Virus record (IMG/VR): IMGVR_UViG_3300045974_000588 | DNA from: an uncultured virus (IMG/VR IMGVR_UViG_3300045974_000588) | Taxonomy: Duplodnaviria; Heunggongvirae; Uroviricota; Caudoviricetes | DNA length: 64,000 nt | Direction: 5' to 3' (one strand) | Shown here: positions 28,056-37,542 of the stretch, one piece after another | Layout: every line of letters starts with the position of its first letter | How positions within the stretch are numbered: position 1 is the first letter of the stretch | Program-made: the position numbers and the translations under genes | The notes under the pieces: generated by a model | The model's input: only the letters and a program-made list of their open reading frames with translations | Database searches by the model: none | Told to the model about the DNA's origin: nothing

Positions 28056-29189
28056 TTGACCATGAGATTACCATTCAAGGCCGCTAGAAAAGATTTTGCT
28101 GATCACCAAGCTTGGGAAGCTGCTGCAAGAGCCTTAGGATTCACAATAGAAATGCACGCCGATGTTGAGAATGGTCCATCAGCTGATGATGTGTTTGAAA
28201 CCTCTTGGGCTTTAAATCCCGAAGGCGAAATCATGGGTTGGTGTTCAGCTGAACCTGTGGACTGGAATGACGCTACAAATACATACACTGAGCTGGAAAC
28301 CAAAGCAGTTCTTTATGATACACATGCAGAAGCTTATGCAGCTCTGAATGACGATGGTGAAGGTTTGGACTGGGTGGCAAAAGTCGCCAAGCTCTTTAAA
28401 AATCGTACCAGCTTTACAATCAAAGCAGTTGAAGATGACTGCCGTTGTGTTTCCTGTGGAGAACAGATGGATTGGTCAAAAGATACAGATCGCCACGATA
28501 CTTGCCCTAGCTGCCGAGATAAAGAAAAGAAGAATCATAGGAGTTCACTGGCTAAGCCTTCAGTAGCTGGCAAGATGAAAGCTATTTGGGAATTCGTAAT
28601 GCAACACCAGGACGGCGATGTATTTACTTCTGAAGAGCTGCTTGGTAAGGTTGGCCAAGAAGGAATGGACTATCTTATCAACGCTGAAGATTTAAAACCT
28701 CTAGAAAATGGATCTTTTGAGCTTAGTAAGAACCCAGAAGATTTCCCAGACGAAGAGGAAGAAGCCGTTGCCAGTGTGACAGCAGCAAGTGTGTCTCCTT
28801 TGACGCTAGCTCAAGAGTTAGCAAACGGTCTTAGCTTGACTGAAGATGAAAGAAAAACAGAGTATGGCACCGAAGGACTTCTTCTAATTGCCAAGAGATT
28901 AGTAGAGGTTCTTAGCTCTGGAGTATCCTCAGAAGCTTCAGTAGATGCAGAAGAAGATCCAAGAATTGACGCTTTTGTCAATGATTGGATGATGGAGTAT
29001 TTAGGAGCTGGAAAGCCTGAAGGAACTGGCCCAACTTGGGAAGCTGAAGTAGCCAAAGCGGGTGAAAAATTCAAGCAGAGGATTCAAGAGATTTCCGTAG
29101 AGATCGATGCTGATCTCAATAACGGTGAGTTTTACATGGCTGCAAGTGTAAAGCCGGAAGCAGAAAATGAAAATCAAAGTAAAAGCTAA
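28056..29189 (+). CDS. acidic multi-module hypothetical protein
   Basis: 377 aa; GAGGAG RBS; CVSC...CPSC finger; Ala-rich linkers. Confidence 0.7.
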   Translation: MTMRLPFKAARKDFADHQAWEAAARALGFTIEMHADVENGPSADDVFETSWALNPEGEIMGWCSAEPVDWNDATNTYTELETKAVLYDTHAEAYAALNDDGEGLDWVAKVAKLFKNRTSFTIKAVEDDCRCVSCGEQMDWSKDTDRHDTCPSCRDKEKKNHRSSLAKPSVAGKMKAIWEFVMQHQDGDVFTSEELLGKVGQEGMDYLINAEDLKPLENGSFELSKNPEDFPDEEEEAVASVTAASVSPLTLAQELANGLSLTEDERKTEYGTEGLLLIAKRLVEVLSSGVSSEASVDAEEDPRIDAFVNDWMMEYLGAGKPEGTGPTWEAEVAKAGEKFKQRIQEISVEIDADLNNGEFYMAASVKPEAENENQSKS

Positions 29190-29559
29190 CATTCGAAAGA
29201 TTGCAGCTCTTGAGATAAACTACGATTACATTGGTGGCGAAAACGACCAGTGGGTAGCTGATGTAGTTGATAAAGATTTCTCAGGAGGCTACTATACGCC
29301 AGCCAATCTTTCAGGTCATCCGGATAATTGGTCACCTGAAGAAGGTGAAGATCCAGATGTAGATGCTACTTTGAATGTTTGGGCATTCCAAGAAGATGGA
29401 AGCGATCCAGCAACTCCAGCAGATCCAAGCAAGCCAGATTTTGTGGTGGAAATAAAGAATGGTTCCGTAGTAACTCCAAATCTTCCAGATGGCATGGTTG
29501 CTTGGATTGAAGGAACTGTTGTCTCTGGTCTGATTAGAGACTTCTGGGACAATCGGTAA
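29167..29559 (+). CDS. acidic protein with MKIKVKA leader
   Basis: Basic leader then Asp/Glu-rich body. Confidence 0.7.
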   Translation: MKIKVKANIRKIAALEINYDYIGGENDQWVADVVDKDFSGGYYTPANLSGHPDNWSPEEGEDPDVDATLNVWAFQEDGSDPATPADPSKPDFVVEIKNGSVVTPNLPDGMVAWIEGTVVSGLIRDFWDNR

Positions 29560-29951
29560 TGTTGATACTTGGCCGCTTCGAGATAAAAGACTTCGAAGAA
29601 GTGCAAGCAGAGAAATTGAGTGTTGGTGATCTTATCTTTGGTAGCGGAGATGATAGCCAAGTAGAGCGAATGCAAGATTGGCTTGGCGTAGATCATGGCC
29701 TTGGTCTCAAGTTTTATCGTGTTATCAAAGTCAACCAGTCCAGCTTTTGGGTGATGGATTTTATCACGAAAACGAAATTCAAATTAGCTAAGTGGTTCTG
29801 GGATGGCTCAGGTCCTATGAAGGTTCGTAGAGTTCCAAAACAATTCATGCAAGAAGTGGAAAGTGAGTTAGTTGATTCTAGTTTGCAGTATAGACTCTTC
29901 CACAAGAAAACTAAACCTGTTGCTAAAGTGCTGATTACCTGCCGCTTCTAG
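29559..29951 (+). CDS. hypothetical protein
   Basis: TAATG-coupled ORF. Confidence 0.6.
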   Translation: MLILGRFEIKDFEEVQAEKLSVGDLIFGSGDDSQVERMQDWLGVDHGLGLKFYRVIKVNQSSFWVMDFITKTKFKLAKWFWDGSGPMKVRRVPKQFMQEVESELVDSSLQYRLFHKKTKPVAKVLITCRF

Positions 29952-29981
29952 TGATTTCCAAGAAATCCTTGTTAGATAGGC

Positions 29982-32900
29982 ATGAGTGACTTCACCCTGC
30001 TAATGACTGAACGGTTGACTCGGTTCGAGAATTTCTTGAACTTGATCACTGAAAAATCCGAAGACGCTACTCCTCCAAAGTCTGGTAGAGGCGTTGTGGC
30101 TTGGAAAACCAATCACACTTCCCGGGAAGATGTGAACTTCTTCTTGAATCAAGCTAAGTGGTTTTCGCATTTGGTTCCGGGTTGGAAGCAGTGTATTACA
30201 GATGAGCATAGAACTCGGTTGGGCGCCATAACTGACACTTTTGCGCAGTTTAACAATTCTTTGACTGGCGAAGAATTTGAACCTTGCAAAGCAATTCTGC
30301 TGAAGATCTTCCACGGCTTCCAACATAACCGCTGGGTGAATGGAATCCTTCGTGATGACCAGCTTCCTGTGGCCCAGCAGAATCGATATTACCTTTCTTG
30401 CCAGCTCACAGATTATGCTACCACTTATTTCAACACTCAAGACGCGTTTTCTGGCGCTAATGATACATTGGATTTCTACCTTAACAATCCAATCTTTCAA
30501 CAAGATTTGAATAACGCTAATCTCGTTGATTCTCCAACTGGCACAGGTAAAACTCGTATTAGTATGGTTTCAAACCTTGGCCAGTTTAGCTGGTCAAATG
30601 AAGAACTTCCTTTCGCTTCTAGGCGTTTGGCAGTATTTGTTAGAACTCGTTCTCAGACTCAGGCATTCTTGAAAGAAGCTAAGCGCTTAGATCTTAGCGT
30701 TGGGTGTCCAATTTCTGTTGGCTTGGGCTGTCAGAGTCACAATGATGCCAACCACAAGTTCCTAGATGCGGTTTTATCTTGGGCTTCATGGATTTCAGGC
30801 TCAATCAAGAATATGATGCCCAACCCATTACCGGGAGTGCCTCTAGAGTTGTTTACTGTATCTGTTCAATCTGAAGACGATTCTTTGAAGGATTTTGCGG
30901 CTAAAGTTAGAGATCTCTTCCCGTTTACTCACCGTTATGACGCTAAGCAGTTCCTAAAAGAAGTGACACCAGATCTCAAGAACTTCTTCAGAGGTCTAAA
31001 TCGAGAATCGGCAGTTTTCCAGCAAGCTCACAGATATCTGACTGAGACACCTAACAAGTGTTCCAGATGTTTCTCCAACGTTGCATTTGTTAGGAAGCAA
31101 GCAAGAGAAGATTCTGAGGCTTTCGAGCAAGAATTGAACGATCTTTGCAAGGATCCGGCTAGCAAGAGTTACTTCTTCAAGAGTGATCATGGCAAGAATG
31201 CTGACATCAACCAGCTAGCAAGAGGTTTTCAAGAATCTTATGGCCACTGTGGTCGTGGTGATAGTATTCGAAATTTAAAAACTGTGGATGTTATCATTTT
31301 CACTTACAACTGGCTTTTGGATTTCAGTATCCGAGAAAACCAAACTACTAGAATCTTGGAAAACAAAGGCACACTAGACGCCGACACTGCAGTAATCTGC
31401 GATGAAGGCCACTTCTTGTTTAGTTACAACCAATCTAATCAATTTGATATCGCGTCAACTCTGCAGCATGTTAAGAAGTTGATTAGTTGGAAAATGAAAT
31501 TCCAGTTTCCTGAATACAAAATTCCAGGAGCTGGCGCCAAAGTGGAAAATCCCTTAGCATCCAATGAATTTTCAACTCTACAGCTTGAAGATGAAGAATT
31601 TTTAGATCGAAACATTGGCAAAGTTACACACTCAGTATTGAAAGCACTTCGAGGAATCCTCAAGCTACAAACTACTTTTGGCCAGATGCCAAACGTGGAC
31701 CAAAGCCCAAAGGTCTTTTATACACTCGTTACAAATAAAGCAAGTAGCGGCTATCCAAAGGACTTGTTTACGAGCTTGGGTGGAATTAAGCTCAAAGACG
31801 ACGGAAACGATCTTGAAAAGCTATTTGATCTAGTCCAGAAGTATACAAAGCGTTTCTACGGTCTGAAAGTAGCTTTGGACGCATCAGCTAGCGTTAGACA
31901 AGACGAAATTGAATCGATGGCTTTGAAGGGTGTGGCTCCTACAAGTCGCTGGCTTTCAAATGTCTACGCGTCTTGGGTTGGCGCAGGCAAGAAGAATCCT
32001 GGCAAGTTTGCAAATGCTTTGATTCATGTGGCAGCTGACCCATTCGCAGAGCTTGGAGCAGCAGTTGGATACATCCTAAACTTTTTAGTGTTGGTCCAAG
32101 AAAACTTATACGCTGAATCATCCAATCTTAGCACAAAGCGAATGCTAGCCATTACATCTGGTGGCACTAATTCAGAAATCTATGGCATGGCTGACTTGCT
32201 TAAGCCTAGATTCATGGATGATTTTAGTGAAGACGGTGTAGCAAAAGAATTCAAGCCATTCTTAGAAACTGTTCATACAGCCCTCTATAAGCCGCCTAAA
32301 AACATCTTCAAAGAACCAATGAAGGTGGCGATGGACTGTAAGGCTCTAGCGTCTACAATGAAAGTTAATCGACCTCTAATTCAAACAGCACTCAGAGGAT
32401 TCGGGTATATCACAATTCTTACTGGCACACCGCCTGATAATACACTCTGGCGCTCAAAGTCCGGTTTCAAGTATTTGTCGGTGAGCAAGTATGGCTTAGT
32501 GAATAATCCATTCACTTTTGAATTCGTCAATGATTATGAACTGAAATTCGAAACTAGAAGTGTGGATCTTTACAAGAAAATTGCCAACGATATCATGACT
32601 CGAACGAAAGATTGCATCACGTTGGTAGGATATCCTAGTGGATTGATTCTTAAGAACATTGTGGAGCAGATGCCGGAAACTTATCGGAATTCGGTGATGA
32701 TTGAGAGTCCAACGATGTCATTGGACGATGTTCAGAAGTATGTAGAAACACACACTTCTGGAGCCATTCACGTTGTTTTAGCTGGTCGATTGGTGGAAGG
32801 CGTTGAATTCTCAGATGAATCTGGTTCTAGCTTAATCAAGAAGGTCATTATCGTAGGAGTTCCTTTCAATCCTCCTTCTGAAGAGCAGAAGCAGATTGAC

Positions 32901-33095
32901 TCTTACTACATGGAGACATTCGGTTGGGATAAGTGGGATGTAATGAGAGCGTTTATGTATGGCCCAGTTTATGTAAAGATTCGTCAAGCCATTGGTAGAA
33001 GCGTTAGAAATCTTACAGATAGGGCAACAGTTGTGTTCTTGGATTCACGATTCCAGAATAGCAAAATGCTAAGGCAGGCTCTTAAACTATTCTAA
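29982..33095 (+). CDS. XPD/Rad3/DinG-family SF2 helicase
   Basis: DSPTGTGKT, DVIIFTYNWLLD, ICDEGH, LTGT, GRLVEGVEF, VGVPF, QAIGRSVRNLTDRATVVFLDSRF. Confidence 0.9.
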   Translation: MSDFTLLMTERLTRFENFLNLITEKSEDATPPKSGRGVVAWKTNHTSREDVNFFLNQAKWFSHLVPGWKQCITDEHRTRLGAITDTFAQFNNSLTGEEFEPCKAILLKIFHGFQHNRWVNGILRDDQLPVAQQNRYYLSCQLTDYATTYFNTQDAFSGANDTLDFYLNNPIFQQDLNNANLVDSPTGTGKTRISMVSNLGQFSWSNEELPFASRRLAVFVRTRSQTQAFLKEAKRLDLSVGCPISVGLGCQSHNDANHKFLDAVLSWASWISGSIKNMMPNPLPGVPLELFTVSVQSEDDSLKDFAAKVRDLFPFTHRYDAKQFLKEVTPDLKNFFRGLNRESAVFQQAHRYLTETPNKCSRCFSNVAFVRKQAREDSEAFEQELNDLCKDPASKSYFFKSDHGKNADINQLARGFQESYGHCGRGDSIRNLKTVDVIIFTYNWLLDFSIRENQTTRILENKGTLDADTAVICDEGHFLFSYNQSNQFDIASTLQHVKKLISWKMKFQFPEYKIPGAGAKVENPLASNEFSTLQLEDEEFLDRNIGKVTHSVLKALRGILKLQTTFGQMPNVDQSPKVFYTLVTNKASSGYPKDLFTSLGGIKLKDDGNDLEKLFDLVQKYTKRFYGLKVALDASASVRQDEIESMALKGVAPTSRWLSNVYASWVGAGKKNPGKFANALIHVAADPFAELGAAVGYILNFLVLVQENLYAESSNLSTKRMLAITSGGTNSEIYGMADLLKPRFMDDFSEDGVAKEFKPFLETVHTALYKPPKNIFKEPMKVAMDCKALASTMKVNRPLIQTALRGFGYITILTGTPPDNTLWRSKSGFKYLSVSKYGLVNNPFTFEFVNDYELKFETRSVDLYKKIANDIMTRTKDCITLVGYPSGLILKNIVEQMPETYRNSVMIESPTMSLDDVQKYVETHTSGAIHVVLAGRLVEGVEFSDESGSSLIKKVIIVGVPFNPPSEEQKQIDSYYMETFGWDKWDVMRAFMYGPVYVKIRQAIGRSVRNLTDRATVVFLDSRFQNSKMLRQALKLF

Positions 33096-33200
33096 TGAAC
33101 TGGAATTCCTGCCCCACACTACCGTTGTAGCCCTTTGCTGACTTCCACTTAAACCCTTGACCTATGGAAACTTCGGTTATACTGATAGGGTGGAGGAGCT

Positions 33201-33671
33201 ATGAAGTTCAAAGTTAAGTTGGCTAGAGATGAGGGCAGGCAGTTAGTTGGGGATGATCTCGCTAATCTTGTAAACGCTGCTCACACACTGGATTCACTTG
33301 GTCTTAAACTAGAGGCTAACTACAAGAAGCTCGTTCTAGTATTCCCAATCGAAGGAAATGAAGGACTTCTAGAATCTAAGTGGAATGATCAGCTTAGCGA
33401 TGAAGATGGGGATGAAGCTGCTGCAGCAGCAAGTTTTCAGCAAAGGTTTAGCCTTTCCAAAGAACAGGTAAAATTCATTGTAGCGGAAATTCCTTGCTAC
33501 GTAGAGGCGATTACTGAATTGGGTCGGCCTTCTTACCAATTCAACTCGGGTGAAGATTTTGGCTTTGCTGCTACGGCTGACAATCTCGAAGTTCGTCAGA
33601 ATAGCTCTTTCTACAGCAGTGATCCAATGAAGCTGGTTAAGCTGATGAGCGTTTACCTTTTCCGAGACTGA
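33201..33671 (+). CDS. acidic protein with MKFKVKLA leader
   Basis: Own TTGACC...TATACT promoter and GGAGG RBS. Confidence 0.7.
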   Translation: MKFKVKLARDEGRQLVGDDLANLVNAAHTLDSLGLKLEANYKKLVLVFPIEGNEGLLESKWNDQLSDEDGDEAAAAASFQQRFSLSKEQVKFIVAEIPCYVEAITELGRPSYQFNSGEDFGFAATADNLEVRQNSSFYSSDPMKLVKLMSVYLFRD

Positions 33672-33682
33672 ACTGAGGCAAC

Positions 33683-34663
33683 ATGACTTTGTTTGATGAA
33701 GTTAAAGATCAACTACTTAACTCTAAAATTGGAACTGGGCAGCTGGATCCGAATGGTTTTTGTAACGCGGGGTGTTGGTTTTGCCCAATCCGCTATGAAG
33801 GAAATCCAAAAGAGTTTTCTAGAGTTATGCCTCTTTCTTTAATGGAGAGGATTTTTCAACAGATTAGAGCTTCCAAGTTTATAGATCACTTAGATTTTCT
33901 ATACACATCTCACTACAACGAAGTGTTGCTTTATCCTCACTTCAAAGAAATGTTAGCTTTGTTTAAACAGTATGGCATTCGAACAATGGTTTTATCAAAT
34001 GGAACTACACTATCTAAATCCAGAGTGGACGCTATCTGTGAATACTCAGATATAGTGCCTGGCGTTTGCTTAAATATCCCAGCGTCAAATCCTACAGATT
34101 GGTCAAGATACTCAGGCTTTGCTCCTGAAGCTTTTGAAGCAGTTTTAACGAATATTGAATACGCAATGGCTAACTTGCCAAGCAACGTACCACTTAGTAT
34201 CCAAGTAAATGGCCTTTCTGGTGTTTACCATGAAAAGCAATCGTTAGCTAATTCAATGGTAATTGGCAAAAGCGAAGACGTACACCATCAAGTAGCGGGT
34301 TGGAAAGAAATCTTTCCATCTTTGAACGCCTACCCACTTTTTGGTTTAAGCGATAGAGCTAGTTTGCTAAGCAAACTGAATGTCATCACAGAAAACATAC
34401 AACCTTTAGAAGCTGATGAAGAAGTTTATGGATGTAAGCATAATGTTGGAACTTCGAATCGGGCTTTTGGAATGCTCCACATAAATGCTAAAGGTGATCT
34501 TTTCTTGTGTTGTAGTGATTTTGGAATGGAACACAGGTTTGGAAATCTTGGAGAATCTACACTGGATGAACTTTGGGCCAGTGACGCACACGTAAACATG
34601 ATTCTCAATGCGTTTAACACAATTTGCGCTGGTTGCTCCAGTAGGGCAGTAAGAAAGCGCTAA
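33683..34663 (+). CDS. radical SAM protein with SPASM/twitch-like C-terminus
   Basis: CNAGCWFC (CxxxCxxC); HINAKGDLFLCC...FGNL...CAGC. Confidence 0.9.
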   Translation: MTLFDEVKDQLLNSKIGTGQLDPNGFCNAGCWFCPIRYEGNPKEFSRVMPLSLMERIFQQIRASKFIDHLDFLYTSHYNEVLLYPHFKEMLALFKQYGIRTMVLSNGTTLSKSRVDAICEYSDIVPGVCLNIPASNPTDWSRYSGFAPEAFEAVLTNIEYAMANLPSNVPLSIQVNGLSGVYHEKQSLANSMVIGKSEDVHHQVAGWKEIFPSLNAYPLFGLSDRASLLSKLNVITENIQPLEADEEVYGCKHNVGTSNRAFGMLHINAKGDLFLCCSDFGMEHRFGNLGESTLDELWASDAHVNMILNAFNTICAGCSSRAVRKR

Positions 34664-34673
34664 TTTCCTCGAA

Positions 34674-34919
34674 ATGCTTGGTTATGCTTTCGAAGGAGCT
34701 TTTGTGATCCAAATGCTGTCAGAGCCTAAGTTGCACTCCCTTCTAGAAGAACACTACGACTACAAAAGGCCTGATATCCGCTGCTTCTGTATGGATTGCT
34801 TGAGTGCTAAGTTCTGGTGGAAGAATCAATACAAAATGAACTTTCCAGCGAGGCCCGATTGGGCCTTTAAATCTGAAAAATTCAAAGCTACTTTTACTTT
34901 TTCTCCGGTTAACACCTAG
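34674..34919 (+). CDS. hypothetical protein
   Basis: Short co-directional ORF with CFCMDC. Confidence 0.5.
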   Translation: MLGYAFEGAFVIQMLSEPKLHSLLEEHYDYKRPDIRCFCMDCLSAKFWWKNQYKMNFPARPDWAFKSEKFKATFTFSPVNT

Positions 34920-34927
34920 AGGAACAA

Positions 34928-35146
34928 ATGGACTCTACTCCTACGAAGCAACTCGAACCTGTTAAGGATTTACAAGTCGTCTTTGTTGGCCCAGATGACT
35001 TTGTAGCTGTTTGCCCTAACTGGTCAGTTCCAATCCCATCTCCTGGAACAGAAATTAAGTTCCATGAAACCTTTAAAATTGCCCAAGTTCGTTGGGAATC
35101 TCCCGTTGCCACTGAAGGGTGGCAGGTTATTATAACTTTGGAGTAG
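34928..35146 (+). CDS. hypothetical protein
   Basis: GAGGA RBS; 72 aa. Confidence 0.6.
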   Translation: MDSTPTKQLEPVKDLQVVFVGPDDFVAVCPNWSVPIPSPGTEIKFHETFKIAQVRWESPVATEGWQVIITLE

Positions 35147-35151
35147 ACAGA

Positions 35152-35829
35152 ATGAATGTAAAGACTGGCAACGATCAGTGTGTCCATTCTCTGATGGATC
35201 TTGATGGTAAAGATCTTCAGAAGATGATCTTCCTGGAAAAGCTACAAAGCAAAGAAGGACGGGAAGCAATGAAGGGCATCAGGGCGATGCTCAAGTTCAT
35301 TGGCGAAGATCCTGATCGTGAGGGACTGCTTGATACTCCTAAGCGTGTAGTGAAAGCGATGCTAGAATTGACTCATGGACTTCATGAAGATCCTTCTACA
35401 GTGCTTGGCACTACATTCAAAGAAGGCATCGCTTATGACGAAGTTGTGCTAGTAAGAGACATTGCATTTACTTCTCTTTGTGAACATCACCTCTTGTCAT
35501 TCTCTGGATTTGCTAGTGTTGGCTATCTTCCAAACCCAAAGCTTGGAGTAGTTGGCCTTTCTAAGCTAGCTCGGTTGGTAGACATTTTTGCTCGCCGTCC
35601 TCAAGTCCAAGAGCGCTTGACTGTTCAGATCGCCGATGCGATTCAAGAGCACCTGAAGCCTCGCGGCATCATTGTTCGTATTGCTAGCAAGCATAGTTGC
35701 ATGAGCTGCCGTGGGATCAAGAAAGAGACGGCGGACATGGTGACTCAGGTTCTGAGAGGAACCTTCAAGAATAAGCCTGCGGCACGGCAGGAAGTTTCGG
35801 ATCTTCTTAATATCCCAAGATTCCGGTAG
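35152..35829 (+). CDS. folE: GTP cyclohydrolase I
   Basis: GEDPDREGLLDTPKRV, SLCEHHLL, GLSKLAR, RRPQVQERLT, HSCMSCRG. Confidence 0.97.
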   Translation: MNVKTGNDQCVHSLMDLDGKDLQKMIFLEKLQSKEGREAMKGIRAMLKFIGEDPDREGLLDTPKRVVKAMLELTHGLHEDPSTVLGTTFKEGIAYDEVVLVRDIAFTSLCEHHLLSFSGFASVGYLPNPKLGVVGLSKLARLVDIFARRPQVQERLTVQIADAIQEHLKPRGIIVRIASKHSCMSCRGIKKETADMVTQVLRGTFKNKPAARQEVSDLLNIPRFR

Positions 35830-35868
35830 TTTTACGAATATACTTGTTAAGAATTTTGGAGGCACTGA

Positions 35869-37530
35869 ATGTTTTCATGGATTCCCAGCGGGGCGCTAAA
35901 AGAGTATCTGACTTTCAATATCTGGATTAAGCCAAAAGCACAGGCTAAACAGTTTGAAATGCTTTCTTTTAGTTCAGAAAAAGTAGACGAGCCTAATCCC
36001 ACTCGTCCTGGGACAATGCAGAAGACAACAATCATCCACGCACCTCACGCTGATATCATCTTTGACAATCAGCGGAGAACTGCTACGGATCGAACGGCTG
36101 ACGGCTACCACTTGGTGAAGGTTGGGCCTTATGAGGATGGAAGTATCCTTCAGGGTAAGCTGGAATGGGTGATGGCCAGTGCTCATTACTTGAACCCTGA
36201 GCAAGGAAACTTTGCAAACAAAGCTGGTTTGAAGATGATCGCGGATTCAGGTGGTGCGCAGATGAAAAAGCGCACGGCTAACTTCGTTGATCCTCATCAT
36301 GTCATCGAAACTTACAACGCTTGCGCAGATTACGGAATGTCGTTGGACGTTCCTCCCCGGTTCGATGTAGATGGCCAGAACAAGAAAGCTTTAGAAATCC
36401 TGGCGCTCGTCCAGAGAAAGAACAACGAGATTTTCAAGGCCAAGCGGCGTCCAGATCTTGGGCTTCTCAATGTTGTTCACGGTGTGACTAGCGATGACAT
36501 TCGTCGCTGGGCAGAAATTGTGAATGATCCAACCCACTTCCAAGGTTGGGCGGTCGGATCGGATTCTTCGACGAATCCAGAATCAGTTTACAAAGCTGCT
36601 TCAATTCTTTACCGCGAGTTTGGAATCAAGGAAAATCAGCAGTGGTTGCACTTGTTTGGTGTGTCCGGTCCTCGAAGCATCCCAGTGATGGCTTGGTTGG
36701 GACGCTACATTCCTTGCTTGACTTCGGATTCGAGTTCGTATCTTGAAGGTGCTCGTCGTCGAACTTACTTTACCACTTTCGGTGGAGCAGTTCGTTCGAT
36801 TGGAACAAGCGCCGACCTTCGGACAAAGAACTTTGGTGATTCCCCTTGGAATAACGAATCGCTCCTCCCTTGCCCTTGCGAATTCTGCACGATGATGAAA
36901 TACTTCGGGACGATTGGAATGTCTCGAGAAGCACCACAGAGTTATCCAGCTATCATTGGTCACGATCTCTTGGCTTTGCGACATGCGGCTAACGAATGGA
37001 ACGCTTTGGCTGCTACTTTGGACCTCAAGCAATACACCAAGCTGGTTTCAAAGAATGTCAGTCCTGAAAGTGCCCTCTACTGCGAGTATGTGGAATCCCT
37101 GGTTCAAGATGGTGTGGACTATGCAGACAAGCACTACAGCCGATTCCTGAATGCTTCCGGTGCTCTTCACGGAGACGCGGTGATGTCCAGGACCAACAAG
37201 CAGATGACTCGTATTCCATTGTTCGCAATCAATGCAGCGGAGAAGAAGGAAGAGGGCTTGATTGGTGGATTGAGCGTTGAAGGATCAAACCTTGAACTGA
37301 TTCCCAACTACTTAGACGATACAGAGCTTCATGACATTCTGGTTCAGTTTGGCTTTGACATGGTGATTGAGGATAGACTAAAGGCAGCAAGAGCCAAGTT
37401 CACTCCACTCCCACAAGGAACTGAAGCAGAGTTCGAAGCTGAAGTTGATGCAGAGCCTCCAACAGTTGTAATAGAAACACCTGTTCAAGCTGTGGACCCT
37501 GCCCCGATTGCGCCCACTCCAGAAGCGTAA
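35869..37530 (+). CDS. tRNA-guanine transglycosylase-fold protein, probable DpdA-like DNA deazaguanine transglycosylase
   Basis: ADSGGAQ, MSLDVPP, VVHG, WAVG, LHLFG, SDSSS, Zn site CPCEFC...H; adjacent to folE. Confidence 0.8.
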   Translation: MFSWIPSGALKEYLTFNIWIKPKAQAKQFEMLSFSSEKVDEPNPTRPGTMQKTTIIHAPHADIIFDNQRRTATDRTADGYHLVKVGPYEDGSILQGKLEWVMASAHYLNPEQGNFANKAGLKMIADSGGAQMKKRTANFVDPHHVIETYNACADYGMSLDVPPRFDVDGQNKKALEILALVQRKNNEIFKAKRRPDLGLLNVVHGVTSDDIRRWAEIVNDPTHFQGWAVGSDSSTNPESVYKAASILYREFGIKENQQWLHLFGVSGPRSIPVMAWLGRYIPCLTSDSSSYLEGARRRTYFTTFGGAVRSIGTSADLRTKNFGDSPWNNESLLPCPCEFCTMMKYFGTIGMSREAPQSYPAIIGHDLLALRHAANEWNALAATLDLKQYTKLVSKNVSPESALYCEYVESLVQDGVDYADKHYSRFLNASGALHGDAVMSRTNKQMTRIPLFAINAAEKKEEGLIGGLSVEGSNLELIPNYLDDTELHDILVQFGFDMVIEDRLKAARAKFTPLPQGTEAEFEAEVDAEPPTVVIETPVQAVDPAPIAPTPEA

Positions 37531-37542
37531 GGTTAGCACCAC

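Noticed and set aside
33683..34663. Calling the radical SAM gene queE
   Set aside because: Has a SPASM-like C-terminal cluster and lacks the QueE N-terminal QGEG motif
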